The position numbers and the translations under genes are program-made. From the NCBI GenBank assembly GCA_020349685.1, contig CP070698.1:1595851-1610195 (forward strand): 14,345 nucleotides of DNA, written 5' to 3'. Every line of letters begins with the position of its first letter. Within the stretch, counting starts at the first letter, position 1. Positions 7,028-14,345 of this stretch are shown in pieces. Below the pieces are notes generated by a model that saw only the letters and a program-made list of their open reading frames with translations, searched no databases and was not told the DNA's origin. Origin of the DNA: a bacterium (lineage in GTDB: Bacteria; BMS3Abin14).

Positions 7028-8029
7028 ATGCCGCGGTTGATCTCGAGGGTCCTGGTTAGGGTTGTCGTCTGCGGACTCATCCTGGCGGCAGCCGGAACGG
7101 TTCTTTCCTGCGCTTCGCTCAAGTCAAGCCGTCCCATGGTTCCCATGAGAGAGTACGAAAAGGTCCTCGTGGGCTCCCTCTTCGCAGATTACGTGGGGAA
7201 TGAGGCCTGCCTTTCCGCCTGCCACCAGCACGATCAGACCGCCCAGTTCCTCCAGGAGAGCGTCCATGGTCATCAGAAGGTCGAGGGTACCGAGATGCCC
7301 CTCGTCAACTGCGAGACCTGCCACGGCCCGGGGAGCGAGGCCATCGAACAGGATTTCGTCAACAGGAACGCCCGGTGCGACACCTCCAAATTCATTCCCC
7401 TTAAAAGCCTTCCCGCCGCAGCCCTTTCCATGCTCTGCCTCAAGTGCCACAGCTCCTACTCCATGGCCAACATGCAGTATTTCCCCTTCAGCGATCACGC
7501 GCTGGGTGAGGTCAGCTGCTCGGATTGCCACAAGCTCCACAAGAGCTCCGAGCAAAAGCTCAAAGGCGCCGATATCAGCAAGCTGTGCATGAGCTGTCAC
7601 GACACCGTGCGGGCTGATTTCTCCTTTTCCAACAGGCACCCCGTTCCGGAGGGCAGGATGGTCTGCACGGACTGTCATGAACCCCACGGCAGTCAGGCCC
7701 CCCGCGGGCTCGTCGCCCTGGATCAGAAGGGGCTGTGTGTCAACTGCCACGGACAGGTCGTCGGCCCCTTCGCCTGGGAGCACGCCGACGTCACCGACGA
7801 ATGCACGACCTGCCATTCGCCCCACGGGTCCGTGTTCGCCGACATGCTCAAGATCCAGCAACCGTTCCTGTGTCTCCAGTGCCACTCGGGACACTCCGAT
7901 CCCGGCACTCCGGACTCGCCTTCGCCAATCGTCAAGGGAGCCTTTTACACACGCTGTTCCAACTGTCACTCTCAGATACACGGTTCCGATACGAGGGGAC
8001 CGCATCCGGGCAGCGGCCTGATCCAGTAG
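7028..8029 (+). CDS. DmsE/MtrA-like decaheme c-type cytochrome, probable lipoprotein
   Basis: Nine CXXCH motifs (CETCH, CLKCH, CSDCH, CMSCH, CTDCH, CVNCH, CTTCH, CLQCH, CSNCH) plus one CX3CH (CLSACH). MtrA-type signatures CHGPGS, HPVPEG.M.C.DCHEPHGS, GPFAWEH, PFLCLQCH and CHSQIHGS. Lipobox-like VLSC at Cys28. Confidence 0.92.
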   Translation: MPRLISRVLVRVVVCGLILAAAGTVLSCASLKSSRPMVPMREYEKVLVGSLFADYVGNEACLSACHQHDQTAQFLQESVHGHQKVEGTEMPLVNCETCHGPGSEAIEQDFVNRNARCDTSKFIPLKSLPAAALSMLCLKCHSSYSMANMQYFPFSDHALGEVSCSDCHKLHKSSEQKLKGADISKLCMSCHDTVRADFSFSNRHPVPEGRMVCTDCHEPHGSQAPRGLVALDQKGLCVNCHGQVVGPFAWEHADVTDECTTCHSPHGSVFADMLKIQQPFLCLQCHSGHSDPGTPDSPSPIVKGAFYTRCSNCHSQIHGSDTRGPHPGSGLIQ

Positions 8030-8059
8030 GGCGATCGATCCTATCAGCTGGAGGGTCAA

Positions 8060-9943
8060 ATGAGGGGAAAGAGGTTAACAGTACTGACCGCCGCTTTCAT
8101 TACCCTTTCCATCTTCCTCGGTGGGACGGCCTTTGCCGCTCAGGCCGAGGAGCAGGAGGAAGGGTGCGAGGACAGGGCCCAGAGCGGGTACGGGCTCTGC
8201 GTCGGCTACGACGAGCTGTCCATCGACGGTGGAGGCGAGACGATCCTGCCCTACAGGCACCTCGATTCCCATGCACTGTTAAAGGCCCATTACAGGAAAC
8301 CGCTGTGGGACGGACGCCTGGACCTCAGCTTCAGTTACGAGGGGGAGGACTACTACAAACTGGATAGTGAATTTTACGGTGTGACCGATACGGTGACCTT
8401 CAGGTCCCAGAAGTTCGTGAGGAATTTAGAGCACCAGAACCTGCCAGGCCCTTCGAGCACCGCGGGGTCACCCCTTTACTGGTCCGAGGACCTCGATCCG
8501 GGAGATTCCTACCACGTGGACCTCCAGGAGCATTACGCGAGCTTCAAATACAAGTGGCACACCTACCCGGCCAACGTTTCGATAGCCGTCAGACAGTACG
8601 TCGCGGAAGGACAAAAGCAGCAGCTTTTCCTCAATGAGAACTGCACCACCAACTGTCACGGCCTTTCCCAGACGAGAAAGGTCAAAACAACCACGGAGCA
8701 GGTCTTCCTCAACGGTACAACGCATCTGGGGCTCGTGGACGTTTCCTACCACTACAAGGGCACGCAGTTCACCGATGACATGGCGGACCCGGTCTACGCT
8801 TTCGGTACCATCTCGAGCTTCGCGGGGACGAGGGATGTCCACAACACCTATCCGGACATGGATTCGACGGAGCAGCTCGTAAGTGTCAGCACCAACCACA
8901 CGGGCCGCTTTTCCGGACTCTTCGGTCTCGGCACCGGGGAGAGGGAGAACCTGGATTCGGATGTTTCGGAAAAGTATCAGCAGTTCCTGGGCCGGTTCCT
9001 CTGGCGCCCCAATGAGACAGTGGCGGTCTTCCTCGATTCCAAGCAGAAATATCAACAGGATGACAGGCCGCCGGCATCCCTGGCTTCGGACAGGTTGGCC
9101 GACGGATCCCCCCTGCGTTACGGAACTGTCCTGAACCGGCACAAGCTCACGGTCAGCTACTATCCCATAGACATCCTTGATCTAAAAGGGGAGTACGCCC
9201 TCACCGACACGGAGCGGGAGGACAACGAACTGTGGGGACTTCCCGAAGATACCTCCTCCAGCGAATGGCGCCTGACGGCCCGTATAAGGCCTGGACCAAA
9301 ACTCAAGTTCAAGGCGGACTATACCGACAGGTCCACGGACAACCCCACTTACCGGTCGTCTCCCACCGAAAGCCGCAAGCTGCACCTTTCAGGCCAGTGG
9401 GTCCCGGCAGGCGGGCTGTGTATCGATGCCGACCTCAGAGACTTTGACGACGAGAACAGCGACAGCGGCCAGGTCAGCGACCGGCAGATCCTGGGGGCCG
9501 CTGTGACCTATACCCCTCCAAGCCCCGTTTCTCTGGCCGTCCGGGTTTACAGGTTCACCAACGACATTTCGGCCGATCTCACCTTCGCCGACACGGCCCC
9601 CACACCCATCACCGATGAGGAGGTCCCCTACAAGGCCGAAGGCACGCAGTACCTGCTGCAGGCTGTCTGGAACGCCAGCAAGAAGCTCCAGCTGACCGGC
9701 CAGTACAGCTATCTCCAGGCCGAAGGGGCCTACGACGCGGATATCGCCGGTTTTGCCGACGTGGAGAGCTACTCGGGACTGGATGCCGTCCAGAAGGAAT
9801 CGTCCCTGGACCTTCAATATACCTTCAAGGAAGGTTTGTGGCTTTCCGGGCGCCTGGCTCAGCTGTCCTATGAGGACAGCAAAGGCGGTTTTCCGGACGA
9901 GGATGTCAGTGAAGTCTCAGCTTCGCTGACGAGGAAGTGGTGA
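8060..9943 (+). CDS. MtrB/PioB-like outer-membrane beta-barrel (porin of a porin-cytochrome conduit)
   Basis: 627 aa with a Sec signal ending AFA-A, alternating aromatic/hydrophobic strands joined by D/E/S-rich turns, and a C-terminal aromatic beta-signal (VSASLTRKW). Directly follows the decaheme gene. Internal CTTNCH. Confidence 0.82.
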   Translation: MRGKRLTVLTAAFITLSIFLGGTAFAAQAEEQEEGCEDRAQSGYGLCVGYDELSIDGGGETILPYRHLDSHALLKAHYRKPLWDGRLDLSFSYEGEDYYKLDSEFYGVTDTVTFRSQKFVRNLEHQNLPGPSSTAGSPLYWSEDLDPGDSYHVDLQEHYASFKYKWHTYPANVSIAVRQYVAEGQKQQLFLNENCTTNCHGLSQTRKVKTTTEQVFLNGTTHLGLVDVSYHYKGTQFTDDMADPVYAFGTISSFAGTRDVHNTYPDMDSTEQLVSVSTNHTGRFSGLFGLGTGERENLDSDVSEKYQQFLGRFLWRPNETVAVFLDSKQKYQQDDRPPASLASDRLADGSPLRYGTVLNRHKLTVSYYPIDILDLKGEYALTDTEREDNELWGLPEDTSSSEWRLTARIRPGPKLKFKADYTDRSTDNPTYRSSPTESRKLHLSGQWVPAGGLCIDADLRDFDDENSDSGQVSDRQILGAAVTYTPPSPVSLAVRVYRFTNDISADLTFADTAPTPITDEEVPYKAEGTQYLLQAVWNASKKLQLTGQYSYLQAEGAYDADIAGFADVESYSGLDAVQKESSLDLQYTFKEGLWLSGRLAQLSYEDSKGGFPDEDVSEVSASLTRKW

Positions 9944-9944
9944 A

Positions 9945-10901
9945 ATGGGTCTTTTAGCGGATTGGAAAAAACGAACTGCCCTGGCGGCGGGGCTGTCGGT
10001 CATGCTCCTTGCTATCTGGTTCCCCGCTCCTTCCTTTGCCAGCATGGTGGGCCTCATCCTTCCCAAGGACTGCGCTTTCAGTCCTGATGTCAAGGACAAG
10101 TTTTCCATGCTGTTGAGGGAAAAGGGGATCATGGATGCCGATATTCTGCTGCAAAGACCTGCGTCTGACAAGGTCTCGCGGCTCAACAGCATGCGCAAAT
10201 TCCTGGCCATCGGTGCCGACGTCATCGTGGTCTGGGGGAGCACCTCCATCACGGAGATAGCGGGGGAGGCCGGTAGAACGCCCATCGTTTTCGTGGGTGT
10301 GTGGGACCCTGTCCAGAGCGGTATCGTCCAGAGTCTTGAAGCCCCGGGCAGGAACCTGACCGGGGTCATGGGCAAAACCTCGACGGCCTTCCTTATTGAC
10401 AACGTCATCGAAACCAGCGGGGCCAAGACCATCGGTGTCGTGTACCACTCCGATAATGTGGACAGCCAGGCGCAGTACGATGAGATCGTGAAAACCGCCC
10501 CCTCCAAAGGGCTGGACCTTCCGACCGTGGACCTGAGCGACGTGTCCATGGACCAGGCGTCAGGAGTGCTCCAGCCGGCGCCGTTCCTTTACCTGGCTCA
10601 GGGGTGCAACGTTGAATCCGGGATCTTCGAGGGCCTCGCCAGGATGAACAAGCCAGCCGCCACCCAGAACCCGGGGGTCACGGGCGGTGGTGTCATCTTC
10701 ACGCTCGCTCCGGACATGGAAGAGACGATCGCCATCATCTCCGACATCACGGGACGCATTCTGAAGGGTGAAAAACCGGGGGCCATACCGGTGGCAAGGA
10801 ACAAGAAGATCAACTTCACCATCAACGTTGGTGAGGCGCAGCGGCTGGGGGTGAAGATACCATTCGGAGTTCTCAACCGCGGGACCGAGGTCATACGTTA
10901 G
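9945..10901 (+). CDS. ABC-type periplasmic substrate-binding protein (ABC_sub_bind-like), no transporter genes adjacent
   Basis: Signal peptide (…APSFA) and family motifs PIVFVGVWDPVQSGIV, PGRNLTGV, IGVVY, RILKGEKPGAIPV and INVGEAQRLGVKIP. Starts 1 nt after the porin stop. Confidence 0.88.
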   Translation: MGLLADWKKRTALAAGLSVMLLAIWFPAPSFASMVGLILPKDCAFSPDVKDKFSMLLREKGIMDADILLQRPASDKVSRLNSMRKFLAIGADVIVVWGSTSITEIAGEAGRTPIVFVGVWDPVQSGIVQSLEAPGRNLTGVMGKTSTAFLIDNVIETSGAKTIGVVYHSDNVDSQAQYDEIVKTAPSKGLDLPTVDLSDVSMDQASGVLQPAPFLYLAQGCNVESGIFEGLARMNKPAATQNPGVTGGGVIFTLAPDMEETIAIISDITGRILKGEKPGAIPVARNKKINFTINVGEAQRLGVKIPFGVLNRGTEVIR

Positions 10902-10909
10902 GGGTAGAT

Positions 10910-13036
10910 ATGATCAATTTCACCAGACTGTCCCTGAAGGTCAAGGCTGCTGTTTTCATTGCGGTTATCCTGGTGCTCGTGATCGGAGTCACGACGATGA
11001 TCTTTTCGTCGGAGGTCAACAAGCGCCTGGAAAAGGCCCTCCTTGCGACAACCACCCTGGTTGGGCAGAGTCAGGTCGACGAGATCAAGAAGACCGTTGA
11101 CATGGGGATCTACCTTTCCGAGCTCGACGGGCTGTCCATTCAACTCACGCAGGTGGTCGAGCAGGACGCCACCCTCGGGTACATATACGTCGCCGACAAA
11201 AAAGGTTCCATGCTGTATTTCAGCGAAGGGATGCCGGAGTGGGTGCGTGGACAGGTCCGGGTACCGGAGGCTTTCCTGGAGGATACCCAGACGCCGGTGA
11301 CCGACCTGATCCGCTCCGGAGGGGAAGGGTTCTACCAGATCTCCATCGCCATCGATTCCATGGGCACCCTGGAGGGATACCTTGCCATCGGTCTCAAGGA
11401 AAGGGTGATCTCCCAGCAGCTCAAGCAGATCAACCGGCGCATGGTGCTCATCGGGCTCCTGAGCTTCCTCGTGGCCACCCTCCTGATCATCGTCTTCGTC
11501 AACAGACTGATCAGCCTCCCCCTCACGAGCCTGGCGGGCACGGCCAGGCAGATCTCCGACGGTAACATCGTGGAGCCTGACCTGGATCCGCGCCACGATG
11601 AGATCGGGGAGCTGTCCGGCGCCTTTGCGGTCATGGCCAGGGAGCTCACTGCCATGATAGGAAGGTTTTCGGAAACATCCTCCAGCCTCCAGAGCTCTTC
11701 CGTGGAACTGGCCTCCGTTGCGGGCAACCTCACCAGATCCTTCGGGAAACAGATGGAAACCCTCGAGGGGGTTGTCACGGCCATCCAGGAGATGGACGGA
11801 CTGGCCCAGGACCTTTCCAGACAGGCCATCAACCTCAGCGACACGGCCAACGAATCCTCCGCCTCCATCACGGAATCCACCTCGGCCATCGGGGAGATCA
11901 ACACCAACATGGCCGAGATCAACGAGGCCATCGAGAACATCACCTCCTCCATCCTGCAGATGTCCGCCACCTTCGGCGAGCTGGCCGAGGGAGCCGATGA
12001 GACGGCGAAGCTGGGGGAAGAGTCCATGGACGCCGTTGCCAGGATCAACGAGGGCGTCAAGAACATGGAAAAGATGGTGGACCAGTCCAAAACCCTGGCC
12101 GAGGATCTGCGGGTCAACGCCCAGGACATAGGGTCCAAGGCGGTGCGGGAAACCCTTCAGGGGATCCTTTCCATCAAGGAGGACGTCCAGAATTCAGAGC
12201 AGGCCATGAAGCTCCTTAACGAGAAAGTGGACAGCATCGGAGACATCGTCACCGTCATCGAAGGCATCGCCGACCAGACGAACCTTCTTGCCCTCAACGC
12301 CGCCATCATCTCGGCCCAGGCCGGGGACGAGGGCAGGAGCTTTGCCGTGATCGCCTCCGAGATCCGGGAGCTTTCAGCCAGCACCACCGAGTCCACGAAG
12401 AAAATATCCTCGGTCATCCAGTCGGTCCAGCAGGAAGCCAGGAGTTACACCAACTACGTAAAAAGGGTCAGTCAGAGCGTGGAGGAGGGCTATAACCGGG
12501 GCCTCCAGGCCACAGAGGCTCTCGACAAGATCGTGGAGTCGGCCAACGACTCGGCCAGGATGTCGGGAGAGATCTCCCAGGTGACGCGGGAGCAGGCGTC
12601 GGCCAGTGAGATGGTGGCCAGCAGCATCGAGCACTTCACCAAACGGGCCGATGTCATCAGGCGCGCCACCTCGGAAGAGGCTCAGACGGCGAAGTTCATC
12701 CGGGAGTCCATCGAGAAGGCCAAGGGAATGGTGGAAAAGGTGTACCGGTCCACCGAGGAGCAGAACAAGACGAGCCAGATGATCAACGACATGGTCATCA
12801 AGGCCGAGGAGATCGCGGGAAGACTTCAGCAGGCCACAGAGAGAGAAAAGGACCTGGCCATGTCCATCACGGGCTCCGTGGAGTCCCTGAAAACCCTGAG
12901 CCAGGAGAATTTTGGAATGGTGAAAAGCGTCGACTCGTCCTCGGAAATGCTCACCAACCTGTCTTCTTCCCTGGGCAAGGAGTTGGGGCGGTTCAAGATA
13001 GGTGACGGCGGAAGAACAAAGGACGAGGAAGCATAA
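10910..13036 (+). CDS. Methyl-accepting chemotaxis protein (2 TM, periplasmic sensor, HAMP, extended signalling domain)
   Basis: TM1 ~13-32, ~145-aa periplasmic domain, TM2 from ~178, HAMP (PLTSL…DEIGELSGAF), and hairpin tip IADQTNLLALNAAIISAQAGDEGRSFAVIASEIRELS. No C-terminal NWETF-type pentapeptide. Confidence 0.95.
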   Translation: MINFTRLSLKVKAAVFIAVILVLVIGVTTMIFSSEVNKRLEKALLATTTLVGQSQVDEIKKTVDMGIYLSELDGLSIQLTQVVEQDATLGYIYVADKKGSMLYFSEGMPEWVRGQVRVPEAFLEDTQTPVTDLIRSGGEGFYQISIAIDSMGTLEGYLAIGLKERVISQQLKQINRRMVLIGLLSFLVATLLIIVFVNRLISLPLTSLAGTARQISDGNIVEPDLDPRHDEIGELSGAFAVMARELTAMIGRFSETSSSLQSSSVELASVAGNLTRSFGKQMETLEGVVTAIQEMDGLAQDLSRQAINLSDTANESSASITESTSAIGEINTNMAEINEAIENITSSILQMSATFGELAEGADETAKLGEESMDAVARINEGVKNMEKMVDQSKTLAEDLRVNAQDIGSKAVRETLQGILSIKEDVQNSEQAMKLLNEKVDSIGDIVTVIEGIADQTNLLALNAAIISAQAGDEGRSFAVIASEIRELSASTTESTKKISSVIQSVQQEARSYTNYVKRVSQSVEEGYNRGLQATEALDKIVESANDSARMSGEISQVTREQASASEMVASSIEHFTKRADVIRRATSEEAQTAKFIRESIEKAKGMVEKVYRSTEEQNKTSQMINDMVIKAEEIAGRLQQATEREKDLAMSITGSVESLKTLSQENFGMVKSVDSSSEMLTNLSSSLGKELGRFKIGDGGRTKDEEA

Positions 13037-13088
13037 CGCCACTTTTCGGGCCCGGTGACGGCCTGGCCCAACAAGGGAGCGGTGCTCA

Positions 13089-14345
13089 ATGAAGGTTCTC
13101 GACAGATCGATGAGGGTCCTGTTTGCAGCCTTGATACTGGCCATGTCCGCGTGTGGCAATCCCCTGAAAAACAGCAGTACGGACGATGTCTCCTTTACGC
13201 CCCAACCCCTTGGTATGGACTACTGCTACGACTGCCACAATAGACCGGGTTCCACGCAGGCCTACGAACAGGTGTTTGAGGAGTGGGTCGTCAGCAGGCA
13301 CTCCAATTTCGACTATTACGACACCTCGACTGGCAACCACGTGGCGCTGGACCCCTTCAACCTGGGGAGCTACTCTTACTCCGATGTTACAGGGTATCCC
13401 AGCTACTACTCCAACCCCTCCATCTATTCGAACAATTGCCGTCCCTGCCACATGGGGGCCGACGACGGGGGGTGGATCCTTGATGCCAACGCAGGTGGAA
13501 CCATCTTTGCCACGCCAAACCTGGGTGAGCAGTACCGTTTCCTCATCGACTGCGAAGGCTGCCACGTGAGCGGGCAGGGACACTTCGGCAGGTCCTCACC
13601 CCCTGAAGTTGCCATCCCGGCGTTTCACGAATGCACGGAATGTCATCCTCCCACGGCCGATTTCATGATCCTTCACCCCGCCTTTGCGGGGGCGGACCAT
13701 TTCGACCATCACGGGCCCGATTCAGCACGGACGTGGTTCGACGGTATTTTGGCCATCAACGACCTCCTTAGTTTCGGGGACCCGGCTCCTATTGACATCA
13801 CGTCGATGGTCCTCGGCTCCCAGTCTTTTGACGCCTACGTCATCAGCGCGACGTGGCTTGCCGCCAATGGAGGTTCCTGGATCTTTGATCCCCACGAGAC
13901 CATCAACGACAGCCATTACCAGGGCATCTGGATCACCAACGTTCCCAACGAAATGGTGGTTTACGAGGTTCCCACCTCCAAGTTCGGCTACGTGAACCTG
14001 GACAACGACTCCCCCAACACCGGGATGGCCAACGCCGATTCCCCGGACGCTTGTACCGCCAGCTGCCACGACGCCCACCAATTCGACCTCGCTATAAATG
14101 AGCAGTGGTACCACGGGGCCCATCACCCCAATATCCAGGGTCCTCTGGGAACGACCACAAGCCGGGGCCGGATCGTGGTCGATGTGCCCGGACCCGCCAA
14201 CTGGGGGGCGGTGGACCACGGTTTTAGCGCCAGCTGCTACAGGTGCCACAATGCCATGGGATTTGCCGAGGTGGCCCCCGGATACGGGGATGCCGTCCAG
14301 ACCCCGACTGGATCGGACGGTTTCATCACCTGCAACGCCTGCCAT
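13089..14345 (+). CDS. Outer-membrane multiheme c-type cytochrome lipoprotein, OmcB/OmcC-like, 3'-truncated by the window edge; not in the ORF track
   Basis: Hand translation from ATG 13089 (RBS GGGAG) gives 419 codons with no stop: MKVLDRSMRVLFAALILAMSAC-GNP (lipobox, Cys22), then CYDCH, CRPCH, CEGCH, CTECH, CTASCH, CYRCH and CNACH. Context motifs EEWVVSRH, CEGCHVSGQGHFG, INEQWYHGAH and CYRCHNAMGF resemble OmcB-type cytochromes. Confidence 0.88.
   Translation, partial: MKVLDRSMRVLFAALILAMSACGNPLKNSSTDDVSFTPQPLGMDYCYDCHNRPGSTQAYEQVFEEWVVSRHSNFDYYDTSTGNHVALDPFNLGSYSYSDVTGYPSYYSNPSIYSNNCRPCHMGADDGGWILDANAGGTIFATPNLGEQYRFLIDCEGCHVSGQGHFGRSSPPEVAIPAFHECTECHPPTADFMILHPAFAGADHFDHHGPDSARTWFDGILAINDLLSFGDPAPIDITSMVLGSQSFDAYVISATWLAANGGSWIFDPHETINDSHYQGIWITNVPNEMVVYEVPTSKFGYVNLDNDSPNTGMANADSPDACTASCHDAHQFDLAINEQWYHGAHHPNIQGPLGTTTSRGRIVVDVPGPANWGAVDHGFSASCYRCHNAMGFAEVAPGYGDAVQTPTGSDGFITCNACH

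Noticed and set aside
9941-9947. Selenocysteine read-through or fusion at the barrel TGA
   Set aside because: The TGA follows a proper C-terminal Trp beta-signal, and the next gene starts in another frame with its own signal peptide.
13048-13069. GC hairpin between the MCP and the outer cytochrome as a terminator
   Set aside because: The stem has a mismatch and no following U-tract; at most an mRNA-stabilising or processing hairpin.
13186-14345. ORF-track calls 13055-13243, 13186-13569, 13283-13483 and 13684-13995 (+), and 13086-13583, 13424-13615 and 13722-14345 (-)
   Set aside because: They are shadows of the real open frame starting at 13089, which has a lipobox and seven heme motifs.

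Overview
A GC-rich bacterial chromosomal window; the gene families suggest an anaerobic deltaproteobacterium-like organism, which is an inference. The left half (1-6765) is mostly housekeeping: the 3' end of an OYE-type flavin oxidoreductase, trkA-trkH, an uncalled 48-aa membrane protein, an exported Cys/Gly-repeat protein, ald on the minus strand, a cupin and a PaaI-type thioesterase. Most of its intergenic spacers hold short tandem heptamer or hexamer arrays, several arranged as inverted arms. The right half (7028 to beyond 14345) is a tight plus-strand operon. It encodes an MtrA/DmsE-like decaheme cytochrome with a probable lipobox, an MtrB-like beta-barrel with its own CX3CH motif, an orphan ABC-type substrate-binding protein, a very long (~64-heptad) chemoreceptor, and an OmcB-like multiheme lipoprotein. 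That last gene is missing from the ORF track because it runs off the window. The most interesting signal is this porin-cytochrome conduit with a ligand-sensing module embedded in it, in which all three conduit proteins carry one non-canonical CX3CH motif.
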